From NCBI GenBank assembly GCA_012026655.1, contig JAAILG010000781.1:1-64000 (forward strand): DNA of 64,000 bases, in the 5' to 3' direction. A program made the translations under genes and the position numbers. Below the pieces are notes generated by a model. That model worked only from the letters and a program-made list of their open reading frames with translations. It did not search any database and was not told the origin of the DNA. This DNA comes from Hydrolagus affinis (taxonomy: Eukaryota). Each line of letters starts with the position of its first letter. Within the stretch, counting starts at the first letter, position 1. Positions 11,701 to 20,520 of this stretch are shown here, in pieces.

Positions 11701-11958
11701 TCACTCGTGGAAGACTCCCTTCTCCTTTGAAACAGACCAGCGGAATCGTAGGTTCGATCCTGCCTTCTGTAGTGAGTCAGTTGAACTGAGACAACAGTAA
11801 AGCAGTGGTATGATTGGCTTCTTTGCCCCTGGGCTACATTGGGAAATACATGAGTTTTGTTTTAATATCCATCTTAAGTTCTGACAATGCAAATAGTATC
11901 CGCTTCTTCACCTCTCTCCCCACCTCCGTCCTGTACCACATTCAAGAGTAAGCTACGC

Positions 11959-12037
11959 TTATGATGTGACCTGCATTTGATGTAGAACTATCTACGCCAA
12001 GAAGATAGTTCTACATCAAATGCAGGTCACATCATAA
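11959..12037. repeat. Perfect 35-bp inverted repeat with a 9-nt loop, in LRR-A intron 2
   Basis: 11959-11993 ttatgatgtgacctgcatttgatgtagaactatct is the exact reverse complement of 12003-12037. Confidence 0.95.
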
Positions 12038-12147
12038 CCAAACGAGCCAAGCTGACGTTTAGCCCATCACTGCTGAGCAACAGCCTGTAAGAGGAAAGGA
12101 ATCGGGTTAAACTGAATGTCCTAATCTTACGCTGTCGGGTGACTTAC

Positions 12148-12273
12148 CTTCCTTCAGCGAGGGCACAGATTGGCAATTAGCCAGATTTCCCTGACAAGTA
12201 CAGTGACAAGTACAAGGACATTCCTGTGTCCGCACACAACACAGTACAGCGCTCAGCGTAGACAGGGAGAGAT
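12148..12273 (-). CDS. LRR-A exon 2: signal peptide and Cys-rich LRRNT cap
   Basis: Acceptor tttccacag|AT at 12274-12275, donor GAAG|GTAAGT at 12147; encodes (H)LSLSTLSAVLCCVRTQECPCTCHCTCQGNLANCQSVPSLKE; 126 nt, phase 1-1. Confidence 0.85.
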
Positions 12274-12344
12274 CTGTGGAAAGATGCACGGCGGTGTAAA
12301 GACCTCACTCTTTTAGTTCCGCGGCAACGATCGCCGACTTCACC

Positions 12345-12600
12345 ACATCCATTTCCACGGGATCAGGGGGTTTAACAACAACAGCAACAACAAAATGATA
12401 CTTGACCAGCGCCCGTCGTGTCAGGAGGACCTCCCAAGGCGCTGGACAGACATTGTTTCCGACCCGAGCTGGGGACGGGGAGGGTGAAGGGAAAGGGGAT
12501 GATTTGGAGCCACCGATAGGACCATCAAAGAGGAGGGTCTTGAGGTGGGACTTGACGGAGGCCGGGGAGGGCGAGGCGGAGTGACTGCGGGCATTAATCA
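12345..12600 (-). mobile_element. L2-type LINE 3' end
   Basis: caacaacagcaacaacaaaatgatact...tcaggaggacctcccaaggcgctggaca...ggggagggtgaagggaaagggg; similar to 20295-20520 and 45805-46100. Confidence 0.65.
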
Positions 12601-12924
12601 CTGAATTCTCACCAGGAGAGTGAGGGTGCTGTGTGTGTAAGTTTGCCTACCTCTACTGTAGGCCTGGGAGATCACCGGGGAGAAGTGAGATGGTTTAAGC
12701 AATAGATGAACAAAATGTTAGTTAGCCACCGAGCCTCTGTTGGAGCACACAGTGATATTTCTAAGTAGATTTTTGTAAGCGTGAAATCTCCGTGCTGCTG
12801 CCCACTGCCCCCCCACCCCCCAAGCCAAACTATTTACAGAGCAGGGTTCCCCCAAGTCAGAGTGACCCACTTGCAAATAGAATCCCCACTCACTCCCATT
12901 TCTAAATTAAGAAATTCATCGTTT

Positions 12925-13262
12925 GGCATTTCGCCCACAAAGTACACAGTTAGGGCACTTTACAGTAATATCCTGTGAAGCATTTTGAGACATCGCAACG
13001 AATTGCTATAATAATAATAATCATCCTTGAATTTGATAGAGTGCTTTTTCACGTCTTCTAGACGTCTCAAAGCGCTTCACAGAATGTACTGTAAAGTGAA
13101 TTGACGGTATATTTGTGGGCGAAATGCGGCAGCCAATTGCGCACAGCAGTGTCCCCCACAAACAGTCGTGGATCGAAATGACCAATTTTATTATCGTGGG
13201 TTTTCTTTTGGATGGATTATTATTAGGCGCGTGGAGTACGTATTAAATGCAAGGATTATTAA
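12925..13262. mobile_element. Plus-strand SINE 3' part interrupted by a minus-strand SINE (~13010-13238)
   Basis: The + copy runs ...ctgtgaagcattttgagacatc...gctata [insert] ttaaatgcaaggattatt; the insert is the reverse complement of the same family. Confidence 0.8.
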
Positions 13263-13319
13263 TATAATAACACTGACCTCCCCCCATATACACTACCACC
13301 AATTCTGTTTAACACTCAC

Positions 13320-13326
13320 GCTTCAT
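13320..13326 (-). CDS. LRR-A exon 1 coding part (ATG AAG C, 7 nt)
   Basis: caatATGAAGC|GTGAGT; phase 1, joins exon 2 to give MKHLSLSTLSAVLCC...; mirrors the LRR-B first exon. Confidence 0.72.
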
Positions 13327-13999
13327 ATTGAGCAAATGTTTTCAAGATGTAAGTAGTCTCTCTTCCCGGTTTCTCCCTCGTCGATTCGACGACAGGCTCA
13401 TCGCGTTGGCTGCAGAGCAAATTCCCGTTCGATGAGAGATCAGGTGAATTTATACTCCGAGAGAACTCCCTGGTTCGTTTGCTCCTGTTAATGATCAATG
13501 TATATTTTATGGATACCCAGAGCCTGTCCCTGCCGCATGGGAGAGCCGGGCATGTCGAGAGCTGCACCAAATCGTGGAAAGAGTTACTGAGACGCAACTT
13601 GCATTTGGTTAACGAGTTAATAACTCAACCGAAAATAACAAGGCGCCTGCCTACTGCCAGTGGGTCTCAGATATGGGTGGAACTGCGATGCTCTTGAAAT
13701 CAGACAACTTCACTAAGTTAAAAATCAGTTCAAAATGTTCCTCACTCCATAACCCACAGAAAACTCCCAGGCCAGAAAAAAAATAGTTTGGTGGGAGAGG
13801 ACTTATGACAGCCCTAAGCAAATTGCTATTATATACTGTACACTGCTGGTAGGAAACAAAACAAGATCACTTGAGAGTGATTTTTTTCTGGTCCTTTCCT
13901 CCATTCCTGCAACATCACTCCCCTCTGTTCCTACCTTCACCCAAAGCAATGGACTCCCCCCACCCCCCCCACTTACACCTTTGTCATTGACAAACTTGA

Positions 14000-14250
14000 C
14001 CTCTGATGTCCTTGCCACCCTGGCCCACTGTCAATGTCCGTGGACTTATTAGCCTGCATGCCACCACAGACTGGCCCCACCCTCCTCTACCCCTTGCATC
14101 CCACCATCTTTCAACGAGTCTCCAGCCACTTTGGCTCCTTTCTCTGCGGGACCTCCTTCTCGCTCCGCTTTTAAATCCCTTCTATAAAAAAATTGGACCG
14201 TCTCACTGCGTCCTTGGTCATCTCCCACTGCCCTGTCTCCCAGCAGCCTG
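14000..14250 (+). mobile_element. Degraded LINE (L2-like) ORF2 fragment
   Basis: C-rich sequence ...gccaccacagactggccccaccctcctctacccc...tcccactgccc, resembling the pre-RT region of L2 elements; frameshifted. Confidence 0.4.
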
Positions 14251-14498
14251 AGCTGGTGATTTCTCTCTCTCTCTCTCTCTGTGACTCTGTGAAGTGTTTC
14301 GAAATGATTAATTATTGGAAAGGTGCAAGTTGCTCTACAGCTGAGCAGAATTACCTTAAATCCCTGGAGTGCGTTTCCCTGGACACTTAGGATCCCTGCA
14401 TCCTTCATAGTTGAGCTTTTGTTCCAGCCCATTTGGTCTGGATTCTCTCCCAGAAAATCAAAGGGTTGGTTTCTCAACCTACCCAGGCCTTGCTAACA

Positions 14499-14800
14499 AA
14501 GTACTGCAGCTCAGTGGATAGAGCACTCGCCTTACAAGCGAGAGACTTTGGTTCAATTCCCGGCAGGGCGAAACCTTGTTTCGCTACTCCACACGCCTCA
14601 TAATAATAATCCCTCAAAAAGAAATTGGTCACTTCAATCCATGTCTGTTTGTGGGGACGCTGCTGTGCGCAATTGGCTGCCACATTTCACCCACAAATAT
14701 ACTGTACAATCAATTCACTTTACAGTGTATTCTGTGAAGCGCTTTGAGACGTCTAGAAGACGTGAAAAGCGCTGTATCAAATTCATGGATTATTATTATT
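14499..14800 (+). mobile_element. Near full-length SINE between LRR-B and LRR-A
   Basis: gcagctcagtggatagagcactcgccttacaagcgagag...ggttcaattcc...gggacgctgctgtgcgcaattggctgcc...gtgaagcgctttgagacgtctagaagacgtgaaaagcgctgtatcaaa...gattattattatt. Confidence 0.92.
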
Positions 14801-14914
14801 AAAGTTTCAACTGTGTTGCACAGAAGGACAAAAGAAACACATGAAGAGAGGGATGGAGGGAGGAGCTGTAGTAGGAATAGAAAATGACAACCTCCTTTGA
14901 AGCCGTTGAAATCA

Positions 14915-14920
14915 TTTATT
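14915..14920 (-). promoter_or_regulatory. Candidate poly(A) signal of LRR-B
   Basis: tttatt = AATAAA on - strand, ~470 nt after the stop at 15389. Confidence 0.5.
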
Positions 14921-15269
14921 AAAAGATACACACAAATTTACGATTGACATAACCAACACAGTATAGCGAGGCTTGATTTCATCGTCGACTGATCGCTGAA
15001 AACAAAACCCACCCTCCCCGACCACCAAATCATTTCTAATTAATGTTTTCCAAATGCGCTCAGCAGGAAGCTTTGGTCATCTGTTCTGCCCTCTAACTCT
15101 GAAGTTAATGTGTGCAGGAGAGAGGCGGAGATGAGATGAGGTTGAGATGAATTGGGTCGGAGGGCACACTTCATCCGAATCACCCTTTAAACTGTCAAAC
15201 TGCCGTTGGGATCAGGATAGGTGATGCGCTCATATTTTTAAAAAAAATCATCTACTTTGGAGTCTGAAT

Positions 15270-15391
15270 TATTCCATCCACTCGTCCACAAATGTACAGT
15301 CAATTCACTTTACAGTATATTCTGTGAAGCTCTTTGAGACGTCTAGAAGACGTGAAAAATGCTACATCAAATGCAAGGATTATTATTATTA
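15270..15391 (+). mobile_element. SINE 3' fragment whose (TTA)n tail overlaps the LRR-B stop codon
   Basis: ccacaaatgtacagtcaattcactttacag...gtgaaaaatgctacatcaaatgcaaggattattattatta. Confidence 0.85.
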
Positions 15392-16626
15392 TAAACCGTG
15401 CGTTTGAACCTTGTGCTGAAGGTTACTATGCGTCTGTTTCCATCTATCCCGGGTCCAGCGCCCCTGATTTTCCACGACTTCATGCAGAAGGTTGATGTAG
15501 CCGTATTCCCTGCGGTGTATGGGCTGGTCTTCGGTTGGGAAGCTTGGGTTAAAAGCCCCTTCGCAGGCCGGCGTCGCTTGTGAAATGGGGTCGGGTTTAG
15601 CCCCTGGAGGAGTAACGGCTGGAATGCCGTCTTGCCCTTTGCTCATCCCCTCCGTTGTCCCCTCCAAAGGCGCAGCCGAATGACGGGTTTCCCAAACGTC
15701 ATCTGCCTCCAAACTGCTCCGGTCGCTTTGCAGCCCCTTGGCGAGTCCTCGGCTGTCGCCTGTCACTCTCCTTCCCCCGACGAGTCCAGCCTTGCCTCCG
15801 CCCGGCCCGATCTTCAGAGCCGCCTCGTTCGTGTGGTCAAGTGCGTTCTGCGAGCGCTTGCCCGGTCTTCCAACCTCATCGCCATCCAGAGTATTCATTA
15901 CACTCGCTCTTGCACCGTATAAGGCTTCATCACCACCTGGTTTGAACGATTGGGTCTCTAGCGGACTTCTCGATGAACCGTCCTGACTTACGATCAATGG
16001 AGTATCGTTAGTGTTTCCATTGGGGTGCGGGCTGTTGTTAGTGTTGCTCATGCCACCGTTTGTGCTCTTAGACAAAGGTAGGATAGTCCCGATTGGTTTG
16101 CCGTCTTCATTTCTTCCCTGTCTCGCTGGGTTTGCTGTTCCCTGGAAAGTGTGACTGTCAAACGGTTCCGAATCGCTCCACGATTTGATGTCCAGGACAA
16201 GAGCCTGTTTTTCGCAGACTCTGCCTGGGTATCTTCCCAGTTCCACCTCAGCCGTTATATTTGAGATGCTGTCTCTATGTCTTCCTCCCTCCTGAAGCAG
16301 TCGGCTTGTGGTTGGAGGTGCCTTGACTGGACTAGCTGATGCATGACCCATGGTCTCTTCTGGAAAGGGGACTTTGGATGTGTCTCCTGAGGCGAAGTTT
16401 GCATGTCCTTTGACCCCCTGATGGACATCGTTCATTTGCTTGTCATCACTTTCCAGCACAGACACTGAAATATTTGCCTCTGTCCGTCGATTCTCATTTG
16501 GATTTTCAATCGCGCTGCCCTCCCGCGGGGATGTTTCCTTGTTCTCCTTTTCCGGTATCACTGGGTTCGTATCGTGTTTCCGTTTTATCAGCAGAAGAAT
16601 CAGGAACAGGAAGAATAAGACGAGTG
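15389..16626 (-). CDS. LRR-B exon 5 (terminal): second half of TM, stop-transfer KRK, ~400-aa cytoplasmic tail
   Basis: Acceptor ccccgcag|CA CTC GTC at 16627-16628; (A)LVLFFLFLILLLIKRKHDTNPV continues into the 390-aa ORF; TAA at 15389-15391. Confidence 0.87.
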
Positions 16627-16774
16627 CTGCGGGGGAGAGGAACAGGACACGTGAAAATTACTGAATGGACTTCAACGAACGACAACTTGAATTGATGTAT
16701 AGCGTCCCAGAGAGCTTGACAGTGCCGGAACAGAAAGCACTCGGACTCAACTCGCTTGCTTGAGTAACAAAAAC

Positions 16775-17050
16775 CCTTGCGTTTGATATAACGCTTTTCA
16801 TGACTTCCAGACGTCTCAAAGCGCTTCACAGATTATACTGTAAAGTGAATTGACTGCATGTTTGCGGGCGAAACGCGGCAGCCAATTGCACACAGCAGCG
16901 TCCCCACAAACGGGCGTGGATTGAAATGACCAATTTTATTATTGTATTTTTCCGGGAGGGATTATTATCAGGCGTGTGTGTGGAGTAAGGAAACTTGCCC
17001 ACAATTTGGCCCTGATCTGCCTGTATTCGAGCGCAGGTCTCACGCTTGTC
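16775..17050 (-). mobile_element. SINE in LRR-B intron 4
   Basis: Reverse complement of the family: ccttgcgtttgatata...gtctcaaagcgcttcacag...gcagccaattgcacacagcagcgtcccc...ggtctcacgcttgt. Confidence 0.88.
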
Positions 17051-17106
17051 TAAGAAAAAAAATACAAATAAAAAGACAACTCAATATCAAGCGAAGTGCG
17101 TCTTAC

Positions 17107-17322
17107 CTAACAGCACCAGGACTGTGAGTAACTGTGTCTGACTGGACAGTGTTGATGCAGGGGGTTGTTCATAAGGCCCGGTTGTGCTTCCAGTCACAGT
17201 TGTGGTTCCAGTCACAGGACAGTCAAAATCAGACACGTTCCAAAGAGGAATTCCTTTCAAATGTGCTGGATCCAGGCAGACAACAGCTGACCGTTTCTCC
17301 ACTACAGATTTATTCACCAAAT
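17107..17322 (-). CDS. LRR-B exon 4: second half of LRRCT, Thr-rich stalk, first half of TM
   Basis: Acceptor ttttccag|AT TTG at 17323-17324, donor TTAG|GTAAGA at 17106; (D)LVNKSVVEKRSAVVCLDPAHLKGIPLWNVSDFDCPVTGTTTVTGSTTG...QLLTVLVLL; 216 nt, phase 1-1. Confidence 0.88.
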
Positions 17323-17365
17323 CTGGAAAATGTATCGTTGGAAAACATGAATAAAATAATACTAG

Positions 17366-17646
17366 TAATAATACTTGCATTCGAGATAGCGCTTTTCACG
17401 TCTTCTTGACGTCTCAAAGCGCTTCACAGAATATAATATGTATTGTTTTTAAGCGCACAGAAGTGTCCCCACAAACAGTCGTGGATTGAAATGACCAATT
17501 TATTATTGTGTTACTTTTGAGGGATAATTATTTGGCGCGTGTATGTGTGGAATAAAAAACTTGCCCTAGGTTTTGCCCTGACCTGCCTGGATTTGAGACA
17601 CAGGTCTCACGCTTGTAAGGCTCTAACCACTGAGCTACAGGACTCC
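17366..17646 (-). mobile_element. Full-length SINE in LRR-B intron 3
   Basis: From taataatacttgcatt... to ctctaaccactgagctacaggactcc (reverse complement of the tRNA-like head). Confidence 0.9.
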
Positions 17647-17841
17647 ACATTAAATTATCGGTTGCTGTCCTCTGGCTCTTTGTGTATTCTATTCCACTCA
17701 ACAATTATCCAAATGAATCGACATTATGGATGCGTGTGTTGTGCACAACAAAAATACAACAGGTTTCTTTATCCCGTCGTTCCTTGAGCTTTGGGAATTT
17801 CACTCAAAATCAAAAGGTATGTAGGTGAAACAATAACTCAC

Positions 17842-18381
17842 CTCTCAGAAAGGATGCGAATTCCCTGAGCTGACAGGAACAGTTCCAGCGGTTCCTAGTG
17901 AGATCAATTTCTCTCGCCTGCACACCTTCAAAAGCCCTGGGGCTCAAGAAAGACAAATGATTGACCGAAAAATTAAGCGTGGACAGATGGGGGTTACTCT
18001 TGAAACTCCCACTAGCTACCCTCACAATCTTGTTCCAAGAAAGATCTAGCGTTTTTAAACTGGAGAACAAGGATAGAGTGTCCTCGCTGATCAGATGGAT
18101 GTTATTCCTGGACAGGCTGAGGCTGGCAAGACTGGCGGGGTTGGAAAACCAGGCAGCATCGATCGCGTCCAGTTGGTTGTTGTCCAAGTCCATTGAGGCC
18201 AGGTTGAGGAAAGCACTTAAAGCTCCTGGTTCAATGCTCCTCACTTGGCTGCTGGCTATGGTCAGGTTGGTGACAGACACCAGCTTGGAACTGTTGAAAA
18301 TCGTACGGTCGATGGTCCCAATCTCAAAGGAATTGATCCCAAAGAACGAGATGACGCTCACGTCGGAGGAATAGAATGAGG
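17842..18381 (-). CDS. LRR-B exon 3: ~6-7 LRRs and first half of LRRCT (NRWNCSC)
   Basis: Acceptor ttttcag|CC TCA at 18382-18383, donor AGAG|GTGAGT at 17841; repeats LASMDLDNNQL, LASLSLSRNNI, LKTLDLSWNKI, LSTLNFSVNHL; 540 nt, phase 1-1. Confidence 0.92.
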
Positions 18382-19142
18382 CTGAAAATAGACAAGTTTC
18401 GAGGATGTTTACTATTCAAGTGGTGTGACACAGGAGTGTGAATGAGAAAGCAGAGTGACTAGTTTTATGCTCTCTGAAACTACTTGATTCTGGAGTGCAG
18501 TTACTATACTAGCTCCAATAGTCATTGCTCCACTTTCTCCCTCCCCCACCCTTCAAAGAAAGTTGTACATAGAAACTTACATATTTCATAGAAATCACGG
18601 CATTTACAGCTCGTAAATTACAGCATAGGAGGCCATTCCACCTCTCAATGACTGGATCAAGTTTCTATAAACCCAATTCCATTCTCCTTGGGATTCACTT
18701 GACAACACTGCTCTACTATTTCTTTCCCAATCATCCCATTCTTTGATTGTGCGAATATTCAAATGAATCGGACATTAATAATTTTATTGTTGGCCATGAA
18801 ATGTTTCTGGCGGGGATTATCTGCAGTGTTTAAAAACATTGATTTAATTTTTTAGTTTAAATCAAATATACTTTGTAAAAGCGCTTCAAGATATTTGTTC
18901 GTGTGACAGGTGCTTTATAATAAGTTATTATTATATACAAGTAGTATCATACTTGTCACCGAATATTTCTCCAGTTCCCTTTTAAATGCTGTTGCGTTTG
19001 AATTAGAATTACAAGACCTTGCAAGTGTAAAGATAGAAATGTAATGAAGGGGATGAAGAGCGTTTTTTTGGCCCTCAAGTAATTAGACTTGCTAAGGAAC
19101 CTTCAGAAAACGATTCATTGTAAGACGCATCAACTTACTTAC

Positions 19143-19262
19143 AATTGGGTATAGCAGTACAGAAGATATACACAATGTTTTCTCCTCTCTGTTTCAAGCA
19201 TGGTTCGTCAGTCAGACACCTCGAGAAACACAAGCTCCAAATGAAAGCCACTGACAGGAATG
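19143..19262 (-). CDS. LRR-B exon 2: signal peptide and reduced N-cap (not in the ORF track)
   Basis: Acceptor ttttgcag|CA TTC at 19263-19264, donor AATT|GTAAGT at 19142; (S)FLSVAFIWSLCFSRCLTDEPCLKQRGENIVYIFCTAIPN; 120 nt, phase 1-1. Confidence 0.82.
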
Positions 19263-19659
19263 CTGCAAAATATCACACAAGTTCGTGATGGAAAGCGTCA
19301 ATATAATCATCGATTATATTCATCGAAGACTTCGCCAGGCCAGGGTTCCATCTCACATGAAAACATTACAAACTAATTGTATAATATTCCTTGCATTTGA
19401 TTTATATTATTACATTAGGATTACAAACTAGAGCATCTTTGGTCTGTAATCCAATATTTTCCTCGAGCTGGGTTCCGGGTCGAAAAAGAATTTGCAATAA
19501 AATGTTCCTCCAAACTAAAGGAATCCCCTACAATGTGTGTGAAAATAATTCCTGGGCTCGACAATGATTTTGACGTTTAATGGGACTTCTTAATAATTCC
19601 CCCAAAACCACATCACGGATGCTTGAAGTTAAAAAGAAACAAGTAAGAAAAAATGACAT

Positions 19660-19737
19660 TCAAAGAGCCGGCACAGATTAGATGGGCCGAATGGCCTCCT
19701 TTTGTGCCGTAAAATTCTATGAATCTATGAATCTATT
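19660..19737 (+). mobile_element. CR1-type LINE 3' tail
   Basis: gcacagattagatgggccgaatggcctccttttgtgccgtaaaattctatgaatctatgaatcta: CR1 terminal motif with (ATTCTATG)-like repeats. Confidence 0.8.
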
Positions 19738-19911
19738 ACATCAGGAATCAAGATGTCATGAGGTAGTCAGTCTCATTCACATCAGTAAATCCTGTTCCAG
19801 TATATTCTGTGAAACGCTTTGAGATGTCAATAAGATGTGGAAAGCGCTATATCAAATGCAAGGATTATTATTATCATCATCCATATGTTACAGAGGGAAA
19901 GTTTTACTCAC

Positions 19912-19918
19912 ACTTCAT
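19912..19918 (-). CDS. LRR-B exon 1 coding part (ATG AAG T, 7 nt)
   Basis: gaaaATGAAGT|GTGAGT; phase 1, joins exon 2 to give MKSFLSVAFIWSLCFS... Confidence 0.75.
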
Positions 19919-20294
19919 TTTCCTCAGTCTTTACGCTGATTGTAGCAGGATAAGAGTTCTGCCGTTTGATGGGAGGTGAATTCTCTGTCTTTTGAGTCTC
20001 AACTAAATGAAGGACAGTGAATTCGGCGTTGACTTTTCGTTTAATTGTCATTAGACATGTTGAGACCTGAACCGTTTAATCGATGCGCTTCGAAACTTTA
20101 TGACTTCGGTCCTGCAAATAATTGGTAACATATCACCAGGGACAACAGAACTGAAGGCACTTATCAAGGTGACCCTGTATTGTAAACTCAAACATTGATG
20201 TCGGGGTTAAGGGTCTACTTATGGAATCCGTTTAGACAGCACCATCACGCCCTAAGGAAACTTTATCAATCAGAACTTGTATAGCGCGTTCATG

Positions 20295-20520
20295 TCAGGA
20301 GGACGTCCCAAGACGTTGGACAATTTCAGACCCGAGTTGGGATCGGGAATGGGGAGGGTGAAGGGAAATAGGGGTGACCGATGGGACCGTCGGAGAGGAG
20401 GGAGTCGGGGCGGGGCTTGAAGGAGGCCAGGGAGGGGGTGAGGCGGAGGGACTGCGGGATGGAATTTCAGAGGTTAGGGGCAGAGTGGCTGAAGGATCGC
20501 CGGCTGATGGTGGGGCAGGC
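20295..20520 (-). mobile_element. L2-type LINE 3' end
   Basis: tcaggaggacgtcccaagacgttggacaa...ggggagggtgaagggaaatagggg; same family as 12345-12600. Confidence 0.65.

Noticed and set aside
10506-18381. Toll-like receptor or VLR identity for the LRR genes
   Set aside because: No TIR domain in either tail and too few LRRs for a TLR; no GPI-type end or scattered LRR cassettes as in agnathan VLRs
12345-20520. Similar ~200-bp sequences near the 5' ends of both LRR genes (12345-12600 and 20295-20520) as a relic of the gene duplication
   Set aside because: A third copy is at 45805-46100 and the positions relative to exon 1 differ; they are dispersed L2-type 3' ends
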